A program made the position numbers and the translations under genes. Below the pieces are notes generated by a model, which saw only the letters and a list, made by a program, of their open reading frames with translations, searched no databases and had not been told where the DNA came from. This document shows, in pieces, positions 1 to 8,939 of a stretch of DNA of 48,586 nt (the stretch's first letter is position 1; every line of letters starts with the position of its first letter). The stretch is from an uncultured Anaerolineaceae bacterium. GTDB taxonomy: Bacteria; Chloroflexota; Anaerolineae; Anaerolineales; DRMV01. The stretch covers positions 1 to 48,586 of the forward strand of contig CAYYRG010000001.1 in NCBI GenBank assembly GCA_964474015.1, given 5' to 3'.

Positions 1-51
1 GGCAGAGCCTGCCGGCATCAGCCGGGGCGTGCGTCATCTTTCCGCCGGTTC

Positions 52-88
52 AATAAAAACCAAAAGGCCCCACGCGGGGGCCTTTTGG
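52..88 (-). terminator. Rho-independent terminator downstream of hsp20
   Basis: Inverted repeat aaaaggcccc (62-71) / ggggcctttt (77-86) with a 5-nt loop. On the minus strand it is followed by GTTTTTATT, about 20 nt after the hsp20 stop. Confidence 0.7.
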
Positions 89-110
89 CGCGGCGGTTTT
101 GTGGCAACGA

Positions 111-542
111 TTACTTCTTCGCTACGACTTTGATTTCTTTCGGACGCACAGCCTCGGCCTTCGGCAGGTGCAGGGTGAGCACGCCGTCGGCGATTTCGGC
201 TTTGGCTTTCCCCGGTTCCAGCGGCGTGGGCAGGGTGATGACACGCTTGAAGGGCCCCGCGGGGATTTCCTGCAACAGCAACCCCTCGCCTTCCGGCGCC
301 TGGAATTCACCCGAAAGCACCACTGTATCTTCCAGCACCTCAATGTGCAGGTCGTCGCTGCTCAAGCCGGGCACCCATGCCACAATGGTGAAGGCGTCAT
401 CGTCGGCTTTGACGTTCAGCGGAATGCGCACGCCCCGCTGGCGGGTGTCGCTCACCGGCACCACGCTGCTTTCCATCAGGCGGTCCATCGCGTCCATCAA
501 CCGCTCCATCCGGCGGAAGGGATCCATGCGATACAGCGTCAT
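111..542 (-). CDS. Hsp20/alpha-crystallin family small heat-shock protein
   Basis: Alpha-crystallin domain signature (AFTIVAWVPGL...IEVLEDTVVLSGE...GPFKRVITLP...AEIADGVLTLHLPK). Start moved to the internal ATG at 542 (MTLYRMDPF), which has GGAGG 8 nt upstream. The ORF-track start at 659 has no RBS. Confidence 0.9.
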   Translation of the reverse strand: MTLYRMDPFRRMERLMDAMDRLMESSVVPVSDTRQRGVRIPLNVKADDDAFTIVAWVPGLSSDDLHIEVLEDTVVLSGEFQAPEGEGLLLQEIPAGPFKRVITLPTPLEPGKAKAEIADGVLTLHLPKAEAVRPKEIKVVAKK

Positions 543-631
543 AACACACCTCCTTTGCTGGTTTCTCATCCAACCACCCATAGCATAGCAAAGGCGTGTT
601 AGAAAAATGCAAGTGCGAGATAGGAATTTTG

Positions 632-1390
632 TTAGAGACGCCGTGCCACCACAATCCAATAAGGGGCCTCGGTGGCAGGAGGTGTGCCGTCGAAATCTCC
701 ATATTGGGCCAGGGGGCGCAAGCCGGCGGCTTTCAAGCGGGCGAGTTCGGCTTCCGCCGGGGGCAACCAGTGGGTTTGAGAAACCGATTGCCGGGCAACG
801 GTGCCGTCAGGGTAGAGCATATCGTAATGCCAGAACACCGTCCAGCGTTCCCCCATCCGACGCCAGCCACTGCTCACCTGCACCGGCAAGCCGATTTCCG
901 GGTGGCGGAAAACGGCTTCGGGCTCGGCTTCGCCCACGACGGGCAGGGAAGCCACCAAGCCTGGGTTCGGTGCGCTGAAGGCAAACCGTCCTCCCGGCCG
1001 CAGCACTCGCACCACCCCTTGCAGGAAAGCGCGCCGCTCGCCCGGCGGCACGGTGGTATAGGTGTTGCAAGGCAGCACGACAAGGTCAAAGGCCGCGGCT
1101 GCCAGCGGCAGGGTGCGGAAATCGGCCTGCACCAGCCGCAGCGGCACCCCGCCGTGGGAAGCCGCCAGCCGACGCCGCAAAAAGTCCAACATGCCTGCAT
1201 CCCAATCAAGCCCTACGGTGGGAACACCCGCGGCCGCGAGGGGCAACGCCACCCGCCCCGTCCCGCAGCCCAACATCAGCACCACGCCGTCGCTCTCAAC
1301 AGCCAGGGACTGCCAGAAAGGCAGGTCGTCGGCAAAAGCGCCGTGGTGGGCATGGTAAAGCACCGGGGGCAGGGTGGAGGTTGTCGGCAT
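632..1390 (-). CDS. Class I SAM-dependent methyltransferase
   Basis: Motif I VLMLGCGTGRVALPLAAAG. Start chosen at ATG 1390 (MPTTSTL), which has GAGGAAG upstream and removes the overlap with the upstream gene. Confidence 0.8.
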   Translation of the reverse strand: MPTTSTLPPVLYHAHHGAFADDLPFWQSLAVESDGVVLMLGCGTGRVALPLAAAGVPTVGLDWDAGMLDFLRRRLAASHGGVPLRLVQADFRTLPLAAAAFDLVVLPCNTYTTVPPGERRAFLQGVVRVLRPGGRFAFSAPNPGLVASLPVVGEAEPEAVFRHPEIGLPVQVSSGWRRMGERWTVFWHYDMLYPDGTVARQSVSQTHWLPPAEAELARLKAAGLRPLAQYGDFDGTPPATEAPYWIVVARRL

Positions 1391-1403
1391 GGGGCTTCCT
1401 CGC

Positions 1404-2165
1404 TCAACCGCTGCGTTTGCGCTCGGCAAAGCGCCGCACGGCTTCCACGTGCTCGGGCGCGGCCCACAACGGCGGGAAGAGTTCGTGCTCTAATCTGGCA
1501 GCGGTGGCCGGGGGCAACGTCAGGCCGGCGCGCAGCACTTCTTTGACCGCGCGGCTGACTGCCGGGGGCAACGCGACAATGTCACGCGCCAGGTCGAGGG
1601 CAGCCGAGAGGGCTTCCCCGGCGGGCACAACCCGGTTGGCAAGGCCGTGTTCCAGCGCCTCTTGCGGCGAGAGCACTTTGCCCGTCAGCAACCATTCCAG
1701 CGCACGCGCATAGCCCACCAATCGCAGCAGGCGCTGGCCTGCGCCCCAGCCAGGGGTGACATACCAGGCCACCTGCACAAAGCCCAAATCGGCATCTTCG
1801 GCCAGCACGCGCAGGTCACAGGCCAGCGCCACTTCGGAACCGCCCCCACGCGCCGGGCCGTTGACCGCGGCAATCGTAGGGAAGGGCAGGCTCTCCAGGG
1901 CTTGCAACGCCCGCGTCATCATCCGGCTCATCCGGCGCCCATCGGCCTCGGTGGGGTAAGCGGCCAATTCTTTCAAGTCGCCGCCGGCAATGAAAGCCCG
2001 CCCGCCGCCGGTGACCACAAGGGCGCGCAGGTCGGCGTTGCGGGCGGCTTCCACGGCGTCGCCAAAAGCCTGCATAGCCTCCCACGAAAGGGCGTTCAGC
2101 ACCTGCGGACGGGAAACCCTGAGCAGGCCGACGTGCGGTTCAGGGATGGTGAAAGTGACTGGCAT
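1404..2165 (-). CDS. Enoyl-CoA hydratase/isomerase (crotonase) family protein
   Basis: Crotonase motifs ALVVTGGGRAFIAGGDLKEL and GGGSEVALACDLRV. Start set at ATG 2165 (MPVTFTIPEP), typical for the family. The longer ORF-track N-terminus looks non-coding. Confidence 0.88.
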   Translation of the reverse strand: MPVTFTIPEPHVGLLRVSRPQVLNALSWEAMQAFGDAVEAARNADLRALVVTGGGRAFIAGGDLKELAAYPTEADGRRMSRMMTRALQALESLPFPTIAAVNGPARGGGSEVALACDLRVLAEDADLGFVQVAWYVTPGWGAGQRLLRLVGYARALEWLLTGKVLSPQEALEHGLANRVVPAGEALSAALDLARDIVALPPAVSRAVKEVLRAGLTLPPATAARLEHELFPPLWAAPEHVEAVRRFAERKRSG

Positions 2166-2214
2166 AAGCACATCCGAAAGAAGGAAATAAGCAAGGCACA
2201 GCGCCGCAGGGTGC

Positions 2215-2243
2215 TTGACGCTGCCGCGTGAGGGCATTATACT
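2215..2243 (+). promoter_or_regulatory. Sigma70-type promoter for tRNA-Pro
   Basis: TTGACG (2215-2220), 17-nt spacer, TATACT (2238-2243), about 20 nt upstream of the tRNA 5' end. Confidence 0.6.
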
Positions 2244-2264
2244 TGCACTCGCAAACCACGGCAA

Positions 2265-2337
2265 CGGGGCGTAGCGCAGTTGGAAGCGCACCGCGTTTGG
2301 GACGCGGGGGTCGGCGGTTCGAGTCCGCCCGCCCCGA
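2265..2337 (+). tRNA. tRNA-Pro (anticodon UGG)
   Basis: Manual cloverleaf: acceptor CGGGGCG/CGCCCCG, D-arm GCGC/GCGC, anticodon stem CCGCG/CGCGG with loop TTTGGGA (anticodon TGG, G37), T-arm GGCGG-TTCGAGT-CCGCC, discriminator A. CCA is not encoded. Confidence 0.93.
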
Positions 2338-2463
2338 CTTGATTTTGGCAGCCTCGCGGCTTTGGTTGACCCGCCGCGAGACGCCCGGCACGGGGGAAAC
2401 TTCCGGGTGCGGTGTAGCCGTAACTACACCCACGCGTTCCCCCTTCTCTTTGAAGGTTTGCCT

Positions 2464-3189
2464 ATGCAGGCCCAAATTTTAGTGGTGGAAGACGACCCCA
2501 CCTTGCTCGATACCCTCACCTACAACCTCGAAAAGCAACATTATGCCGTGGTCGCGGCAACCGACGGGTGGCAGGCCGTCGCGTTAGCCCAGAAACATCG
2601 GCCTGACCTCATCATCCTTGACTGGATGCTGCCCGGTCTGGACGGGCTGGAGGTATGTCGCTTCATTCGGCAGAAGAGCAGCGTGCCGATCTTGATGCTC
2701 ACCGCCCGCACGGCTGAACTCGACAAGGTGCTGGGTTTGGAAATTGGGGCTGACGATTACATCACCAAGCCTTTCAGCATGCGCGAATTACTGGCGCGGG
2801 TCAAGGCGCACCTGCGTCGGAGTCGCCTGGCAGGGGGGCAGCCAGCCGCCTCCCCGTCTCCAGAGGCAGGCGATTTGCCAGAAGCCCCCCCACCTCTGGC
2901 GTTCGATGGGCTGGTCATCGACCCTGCCCGTCGCGAAGTCAGGCGAGGGGGGCAGGTGGTGCGCCTCAAGCCCAAAGAATTTGAGTTGCTGCTCTTTTTG
3001 GCGCGCCACCGGGGCATGGTGCTTTCCCGCGAGATCATTCTGAAGCGTGTTTGGGGGTGGGAATTCAGCGGCGGTAGCCGCACGGTTGATGTGCATATCC
3101 GTTGGCTGCGTGAGAAAATCGAAGATGACCCCGCACACCCCCAACGCATCGTCACCGTGCGGGGGGCGGGCTACCGTTTCGAGGGCTGA
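2464..3189 (+). CDS. OmpR/PhoB-family response regulator
   Basis: Receiver motifs ([36 protein letters not shown]) and winged-helix C-terminus ([14 protein letters not shown]). Start at ATG 2464 ([11 protein letters not shown]). Confidence 0.93.
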   Translation: MQAQILVVEDDPTLLDTLTYNLEKQHYAVVAATDGWQAVALAQKHRPDLIILDWMLPGLDGLEVCRFIRQKSSVPILMLTARTAELDKVLGLEIGADDYITKPFSMRELLARVKAHLRRSRLAGGQPAASPSPEAGDLPEAPPPLAFDGLVIDPARREVRRGGQVVRLKPKEFELLLFLARHRGMVLSREIILKRVWGWEFSGGSRTVDVHIRWLREKIEDDPAHPQRIVTVRGAGYRFEG

Positions 3190-3193
3190 GGCG

Positions 3194-4552
3194 ATGCGGG
3201 GCTTATCGCTACGGGCGGCAGCCCTGACCACGGCGCTGACAGGGGCGGCGAATGCCGGCATGGTCTTCTGGCTGGCTTCGCCCGCAAACCGAGGGCGCGC
3301 CCTCGCGCTGGCTGCGCTCGCCGCCCTGCTGAGCGGGCTGGTTGTGGGCGTACTCACCCACCGCCACACCGCCCTGCTGGCGCGGCTGGAGCAAGCCTTG
3401 CAACGACTGGCAGCGGGCGACTTCCAGGCCCGGATTTTAACCTCCCACCCGGGGCGCGAACTGACCCTGCTTGCCGCCTTCAACCAGACCGCCGAGCGTT
3501 TGCAGGGCCAGGCTGCCGCATTGGCCGAAGCACAAAGCCGCTTTGCCGCCACCGCCACCCACATGGCCGAAGGCGTGCTGATTACCGATGCAGCGGGGCG
3601 CGTGCTGCTCCTCAACCCGGCTGCAGCGCGCCTTCTCAACGTGGGCACAACAACCCTGCCCGGGCGCGTGCTGGCCGAAGTCGCGCCCTTCCCCACTCTG
3701 CTTTCGCTGTGGGAAAACTGCCTGCCTTCAACCGAAAAACAAACCGATATGGTCGAAGTGCCCGCGCGCGGGCTGGTGTTGCAAGTCACCGCGGTCGCCT
3801 TCGGGGAAGGCCGCTACTGTCTGTTGCTTTTACATGATCTGAGCCGCTTCCGCCAGATGGAAACCATGCGGAGCGATTTCGTCAGCAACCTTTCTCACGA
3901 ATTGCGCACACCTTTGGCTGGCATGAAAGCCGTGGTAGAAACCCTGCGCGAAGGCGCATGGGAAGACCCGCCAGCAGCGCAACGGTTCCTGCGCCATATG
4001 GAAACCGAGCTGGACAACCTGATCCAAATGGTCGAAGAAATGCTCACGCTTTCGCGTCTGGAATCAGGGCAAGAGGTGTTGCACAAAGAATGGCTATGCC
4101 CGGCTGAAATTGTGCGCGAGCCTGTTGCACAGTTGATGCCTTATGCCAAACGAGCCAGGGTGGCGCTGGAAGTCCACCTGCCCCCCGGCCTGCCGCCGCT
4201 GCTTGCCGACAGGCGACGCATCCAGCGCGCAGTGCTCAACCTGGTGCACAACGCCATCAAGTTCACCCCAGCAGGGGGGCGGGTGGTGGTGGCCGCCGAA
4301 GAAGAGGCTGACGCCGTTGTTTTCACCGTGCACGACACCGGGCGCGGCATTCCTGCCGAAGACCTACCGCGGATTTTTGAGCGGTTTTACAAAGCCCGCG
4401 ACAGTCAGGGCAGCGGCCTGGGCCTTGCCATTGCCAAACATACCGTCCAGATGCACGGCGGGCGCATTTGGGCCGAAAGCATCGAAGGGCACGGCAGCAC
4501 CATTGGGTTTGCGTTGCCCAGAAGGCTCGACACCCCTGCATCGTTTTGTTAA
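3194..4552 (+). CDS. Sensor histidine kinase (HAMP-PAS-HisKA-HATPase, PhoR-like)
   Basis: H-box SDFVSNLSHELRTPL, N-box NLVHNAIKFT, G1 DTGRGIP, G2 GSGLGLAIAK. N-terminal TM segments plus a HAMP-like LQRLAAGDFQARI. Start at ATG 3194, 4 nt after the regulator stop. Confidence 0.9.
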   Translation: MRGLSLRAAALTTALTGAANAGMVFWLASPANRGRALALAALAALLSGLVVGVLTHRHTALLARLEQALQRLAAGDFQARILTSHPGRELTLLAAFNQTAERLQGQAAALAEAQSRFAATATHMAEGVLITDAAGRVLLLNPAAARLLNVGTTTLPGRVLAEVAPFPTLLSLWENCLPSTEKQTDMVEVPARGLVLQVTAVAFGEGRYCLLLLHDLSRFRQMETMRSDFVSNLSHELRTPLAGMKAVVETLREGAWEDPPAAQRFLRHMETELDNLIQMVEEMLTLSRLESGQEVLHKEWLCPAEIVREPVAQLMPYAKRARVALEVHLPPGLPPLLADRRRIQRAVLNLVHNAIKFTPAGGRVVVAAEEEADAVVFTVHDTGRGIPAEDLPRIFERFYKARDSQGSGLGLAIAKHTVQMHGGRIWAESIEGHGSTIGFALPRRLDTPASFC

Positions 4553-4639
4553 CCACACGTTAGCATTCCCTTATCTCGCCGTTAACCTGGTCATGCTACC
4601 ATTGCAACGACAACGATCACCCTTGAAATGGAGGAGAAA

Positions 4640-5734
4640 ATGCGCAAAGTTTTCCTGTTCGTGATGATAGCCGGGGCAGCCCTGGCCCTGGCGGCCTGCG
4701 GCGGCAACCCTGCCCCCAGCGGCAACGGCCAACAAACAGGCCCCATTGTGTTGAACGGCGCCGGAGCAACTTTCCCCCTGCCGGTTTACAACGAGTGGAT
4801 TCAAATGTACAAATCCGTCCAGCCCGACGTCACCATCAACTATCAGGGCATCGGCTCAGGGGGCGGGCAAAAAGCCATCATGGACGGCACGGTAGATTTT
4901 GCCGGCTCGGATTCCCTGCTGAGCGAGGCGCAATACCAAAAGATGCCCGACCTGCAAATGCTGCCCATGGTCGCGGGCGCCGTAGTGCCGGTTTACAACC
5001 TGCCCGAGGTTAAAACCCTGGTGCTGGACGGCCCGGCGATGGTGGGCATTTTCATGGGCAAAATCACCCGCTGGAACGACCCCGCCATTGCCCACCTCAA
5101 CCCCGGTGTGAACCTGCCCGACCAGACCATCACCGTGGTACACCGTTCCGACGGTTCGGGCACGACCGAGATTTTCACCTCTTACCTCGCAGCGGTAGAC
5201 CCGACCTGGAAAACGCAAATCGGCGTGGGGAAAGCCGTGGAATGGCCAGCCGACGCCGCGGGGCATGGCGTGGGCGGTAAGGGCAACCCTGGCGTCGCTC
5301 AAGCCGTGCAGTCAACACCTTACAGCATTGGCTACGTGGAACTTGCTTACGCCAAGAGCAATCACATCCCGATGGCGAAACTGGTCAACGCCGCCGGCAA
5401 CACGGTGGAAGCCAATGCCGCCACCATGCAAGACGCGATGGCCTCATTTGCCAACGCCTTCGATGCCCACCTGACCGCTAAAATCGTCAACGCCCCCGGC
5501 AAAAATGCCTGGCCTATCATGGGCTACACTTACCTGATCGTGCACATGAAAAACTACAAAAACTGTGCCAAGGCCAAAGCATTGGTGGACTTCATCCGTT
5601 GGGCGCTTACCGACGAAGCAGCCGCGAAGAAAGCCGCCGACCTTGGCTATGCCACCCTGCCCCCTGCTGTGCGGGAAAAGGTTTTCGCCAAACTGCACCA
5701 GATGGAATGCAACGGGCAAAAAGTTTGGCCGTAG
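4640..5734 (+). CDS. pstS: Phosphate ABC transporter substrate-binding lipoprotein PstS
   Basis: GAGATFPLPVYNEW...YQGIGSGGGQKAI...VDFAGSD motifs. Lipobox LALAAC. GGAGGAG lies 5 nt upstream of ATG 4640; the ORF-track start at 4628 is also possible. Confidence 0.9.
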   Translation: MRKVFLFVMIAGAALALAACGGNPAPSGNGQQTGPIVLNGAGATFPLPVYNEWIQMYKSVQPDVTINYQGIGSGGGQKAIMDGTVDFAGSDSLLSEAQYQKMPDLQMLPMVAGAVVPVYNLPEVKTLVLDGPAMVGIFMGKITRWNDPAIAHLNPGVNLPDQTITVVHRSDGSGTTEIFTSYLAAVDPTWKTQIGVGKAVEWPADAAGHGVGGKGNPGVAQAVQSTPYSIGYVELAYAKSNHIPMAKLVNAAGNTVEANAATMQDAMASFANAFDAHLTAKIVNAPGKNAWPIMGYTYLIVHMKNYKNCAKAKALVDFIRWALTDEAAAKKAADLGYATLPPAVREKVFAKLHQMECNGQKVWP

Positions 5735-5767
5735 CACCTCTTGAGAAACGCAGGCCATTACACCTCA

Positions 5768-5806
5768 GCAGCCGCCGCGACGGGTCGCGGCGGCTGCTTC
5801 TTCTTT
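5768..5806 (+). terminator. Rho-independent terminator after pstS
   Basis: 13-bp stem gcagccgccgcga/tcgcggcggctgc with loop cggg, followed by ttcttcttt. Confidence 0.75.
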
Positions 5807-5847
5807 GACAACACACAACTTTATGCATGCCCCGCTGTCCCAGCCGT

Positions 5848-8241
5848 TCAGGAGGCAGTAAAACGCAGCAGGCGCAAGGCATTAAGCACCACCAGGATGC
5901 TGCTGCCCTCATGCAGCACCACCGCCCCGCCGAGATCCATCCAGCCAAACACAGAGGTTGCCAACAAGAGGAAAATCACGCCAAGGGAGATGGCAAGGTT
6001 TTGACGGATGACCGCACGGCTGGCGCGGCTCAGCCCAACGGCAAAAGGCAGCTGGCTCAAATCGTCGGCCATCAAGGCCACATCAGCGGTTTCCAAAGCC
6101 ACGGCAGTGCCCGCTCCGCCCATGGCAATGCCGACCGTGGCCGTTGCCAGCGCCGGCGCGTCGTTGACGCCATCGCCGACCATAGCCACCGCACCATGCC
6201 CCGCTTGCAGTTCTCGAATGGCTTCCAGTTTCTGCTCCGGCAGCAGGCCGGCGCGGACGTCGGTGACACCCACCTCTTCCGCAATGCGTTGGGCAACGGT
6301 GGCGTTGTCGCCTGTCAGCATCACAAGTTTGCGAATGCCCAGGTCGCGCAACGCCCGCAGGGTGGCCTGCACACCGGGGCGAGGCGCATCGGCCAGGGCC
6401 AACACCCCCAGGTAGCGGGCTCCCGCGCGTACCACCATCGTGGTCTTGCCTTCGGCTTCCAGCGCGGCCACTTTTTCGGCCACTGTGCGCGCAGGGGGCT
6501 GAGCATCGATTTCCCGAAAGAGGCGCAGCGAACCCACCCAAACGGGTTCCCCTGCCAGTTTGCCGCGCACGCCGCGCCCGCTGATATTTTCCACCTGCAC
6601 TGCCAGCGGCAGGTCCACCCCCCGCTGACGGGCAGCCTGGACAACGGCCACAGCCAGCGGATGGTTGGCGCTTTGCTCCACAGCGGCAGCCACCCGCAAG
6701 AGCGTCTCGGCGCTAACGCCTTCAAGTGGCAGAACGTCGGTGAGCCGGAATTTCCCCTCTGTGAGCGTGCCGGTTTTGTCGAAGGCCATGACCTGCAGCG
6801 CGCCCAGGTTTTCCAAATGCACGCCACCCTTAATCAACACGCCATGCCGTGCAGCCTGGGCAATGCCAGCCAGCACGGTGGCCGGCGTACCCAACGCCAG
6901 CGCGCAGGGTGAAGCCGCAACCAGCAGCAACATGCCCCGATAGAAACTCACCCGCAGCGGCATCCAACCAACCAGCGGCGGCACGAACACCACCGCCAGC
7001 ACAAATAACAACACCGCCGGCACGAAGCGGGCAGTGAACTTTTCCACAAACCGCTGCGTCGGGCTTTGCTGGCTTTGGGCTTCGGCAACCAGTCGCATGA
7101 TGCGCGCCAGGGTAGTGTCTTGTGCATGCCGGGTGACTTCGATTTCCAGCACAGCAGCGTGATTGATGGTGCCTGCAAAAACCTCATCACCCGGCTTTTT
7201 GGGCACCGGCACGCTCTCACCAGTGATGGGGCTTTGATCGACGGCACTCTGCCCTGCGATCACTTCGCCATCCACCGGCACGCGGTCTCCGGGGCGCACA
7301 ATGACCCGGTCGCCGGGCTTCAACTGCGCTACCGGCCGCTCGACGACGCGCTCACCTTCCCTCACATGGGCGATTTTGGGCATCAAAGCCCCCAGCGCGT
7401 TGACGGCATGGCGGGCGCGATCGAGGGCGTAATGCTCACCAGCATGCCCCAGCCCGAAGAGAAACAGCAAAAAGGCCCCTTCAGCCCACTGCCCCAGCAC
7501 CGCAGCCCCTGCCGCAGCGGCCAGCATCAGCACATCGGTGTCAAAATGGCCGCGAAACAAGCCAGGGAGGGCATGGGTGGCAATGTCGTACCCTCCGGCG
7601 GCGTAAGCCAGCAGAAAGAGCGTCACGGCCACCGGCTCTGGCAAACCCAAAAAAGTTTGCCCCACCCAGCCAGCAACCAGGAAGGCCCCGGCCAGCCCTA
7701 CGAGGAGCAATTCCCAGCGTTCCTGCACCCAGTGCGGCAGGAAAGCCGGGGCATTGCCGTGGTCGTGTTCTGCCGCATCTTCCAGCGGCGGCCAATCCAG
7801 CGGCTGGATGTTCAGGGCCTGCATGGCAGCGGCAATTTGCTGCGGTGAAAGCACTTCGCGGTCATAGGCCACAAAAGCCAGACCAGCAGCATAGTTGACA
7901 TCGGCGTGCAACATCCCCGGCAACCGCTCCAGGGCGCGGCGTAACGCGGGGGCTTCGTCGGCCTGGCGCATCCCGGCAAAGGGAATGCGCGCGTGGTGGT
8001 AGCGGGCCATCAACTGACCACCGACCTGCTGTGCCGTGCGGCGCACGGTTTCCAGCGATACGCGCCGGGGGTCGTAGTGAATGCACACCCGCAGCGGTTC
8101 CTGGTCACGCGCCAGGTGGACGTGCACAATGCCCTTGCGCGCTTGCAACGCGTCGCGAAAGCGCACCAGACATTCGTCAGTTTCGTCTTCGAGGTCGGGC
8201 AAAACCAGCAAAGCCTCGACCTCCACAGTTTTTTCTTGCAT
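5848..8241 (-). CDS. Heavy-metal translocating P1B-type ATPase
   Basis: TGES, DKTGTLT and GDGVNDAPAL motifs. The TM metal motif is SPC (VAASPCALALGTP) and the last TM carries HEGSS. Start placed at ATG 8241 (MQEKTVEVE), which has AAGGAAG upstream. A GTG at 8316 overlapping the arsR stop (GTGA) is an alternative. Confidence 0.92.
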   Translation of the reverse strand: MQEKTVEVEALLVLPDLEDETDECLVRFRDALQARKGIVHVHLARDQEPLRVCIHYDPRRVSLETVRRTAQQVGGQLMARYHHARIPFAGMRQADEAPALRRALERLPGMLHADVNYAAGLAFVAYDREVLSPQQIAAAMQALNIQPLDWPPLEDAAEHDHGNAPAFLPHWVQERWELLLVGLAGAFLVAGWVGQTFLGLPEPVAVTLFLLAYAAGGYDIATHALPGLFRGHFDTDVLMLAAAAGAAVLGQWAEGAFLLFLFGLGHAGEHYALDRARHAVNALGALMPKIAHVREGERVVERPVAQLKPGDRVIVRPGDRVPVDGEVIAGQSAVDQSPITGESVPVPKKPGDEVFAGTINHAAVLEIEVTRHAQDTTLARIMRLVAEAQSQQSPTQRFVEKFTARFVPAVLLFVLAVVFVPPLVGWMPLRVSFYRGMLLLVAASPCALALGTPATVLAGIAQAARHGVLIKGGVHLENLGALQVMAFDKTGTLTEGKFRLTDVLPLEGVSAETLLRVAAAVEQSANHPLAVAVVQAARQRGVDLPLAVQVENISGRGVRGKLAGEPVWVGSLRLFREIDAQPPARTVAEKVAALEAEGKTTMVVRAGARYLGVLALADAPRPGVQATLRALRDLGIRKLVMLTGDNATVAQRIAEEVGVTDVRAGLLPEQKLEAIRELQAGHGAVAMVGDGVNDAPALATATVGIAMGGAGTAVALETADVALMADDLSQLPFAVGLSRASRAVIRQNLAISLGVIFLLLATSVFGWMDLGGAVVLHEGSSILVVLNALRLLRFTAS

Positions 8242-8312
8242 GGGGTATTCTTCCTTTGTAGGAAAAAATCGCATAGCCGGGGGAAGCATCTGCTGCCAGT
8301 GGGCCTGAGCCT

Positions 8313-8609
8313 TCACTCGTGCCGAATATGAGCCAGGCCACGCTGGAACAAATCCAGAACATGCTCGTCGTCGAGGGCATAATACACTTCACGCCCTTGT
8401 TTGCGCGCCCGCACCAGCCGCATTTGCCGCAGGTTGCGCAACTGATGGGAAGCCGCCGACTCGCTGATGCCCACCAGGGCAGCCAGTTGCCGGACGTTGA
8501 CCTCACCTTCTTGCAGCGCGGCGATGAGGCGCAGGCGTGTAGGGTCGCTCAGCGTGCGGAACATTTCGGCCAGCCGCTCGGCGGCCTCGGTTTCCAAAAG
8601 GGGCGTCAT
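8313..8609 (-). CDS. ArsR/SmtB-family metal-sensing transcriptional repressor
   Basis: Winged HTH (LSDPTRLRLIAAL...VRQLAALVGISESAASHQLRNLR). The C-terminal DEH-x10-H-xx-H pattern matches the alpha5 metal site pattern DxHx10HxxH. Confidence 0.9.
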   Translation of the reverse strand: MTPLLETEAAERLAEMFRTLSDPTRLRLIAALQEGEVNVRQLAALVGISESAASHQLRNLRQMRLVRARKQGREVYYALDDEHVLDLFQRGLAHIRHE

Positions 8610-8626
8610 GATGCCTCCTGTGGCGC

Positions 8627-8688
8627 TTCATTGCATGAATACATGCTCATACATTCAGATAATAACACAAAACCGCGGTGAGGGCAAG
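8627..8688 (-). promoter_or_regulatory. arsR-ATPase promoter with overlapping imperfect palindromic operator
   Basis: Minus strand: TTGCCC (8688-8683), 17-nt spacer, TATTAT (8655-8650). Just downstream is a 22-bp imperfect palindrome TGAATGTATGAGCATGTATTCA (8648-8627; 16/22 self-complementary, TGAA...TTCA arms as in SmtB-family operators). Confidence 0.5.
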
Positions 8689-8703
8689 GTGCTCCATCCC
8701 GAA

Positions 8704-8867
8704 TCAAGACATGCGTTGGGAAACCTCAGGAGGACATAGCGATCTTGCAAGAAGCAAGACCCCTTTGCCATGGCGAGGCCCGAAGCAATCGTCTTCTCGG
8801 CGAGAGGGCCTCACCATAACAAACAGCCAGCTCAGCACTTTGCCCCACACCCCCATCCGAACCTCAG
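8704..8867 (+). repeat. Intergenic repeat family, copy C (degenerate)
   Basis: Shares with copies A and B, in the same order: tcaRga, gcgttggga, cttgcaagaagc, ccatggcgagg (versus tcattgcgagc), cgaagcaatc plus an adjacent hairpin. A distal ccgaacctcag (8857-8867) is also present in copy A. Confidence 0.5.
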
Positions 8868-8939
8868 GCCCTTTTCCCTCTTTGCCAGGCCTGCTTTCGC
8901 CCCCCGCCTTCGGTAACCTTTTCTTTTGACCTGACACGC

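Noticed and set aside
543-631. Heat-shock regulatory element (CIRCE/HrcA or HAIR) upstream of hsp20.
   Set aside because: There is no TTAGCACTC-N9-GAGTGCTAA-like inverted repeat. The only candidate promoter (TTGCAT-19-TATGCT) has poor spacing.
2265-2463. tRNA-Pro as an integration hotspot or genomic-island boundary.
   Set aside because: There is no integrase, no direct repeat of the tRNA 3' end, and no visible compositional break downstream. The flanking genes look like ordinary chromosomal genes.
4553-4639. Pho boxes upstream of pstS (hexamers TTAACC, ATGCTA, GCAACG and GATCAC at 11-nt spacing).
   Set aside because: Only the first hexamer resembles a PhoP/PhoB half-site. The periodicity alone is not convincing.
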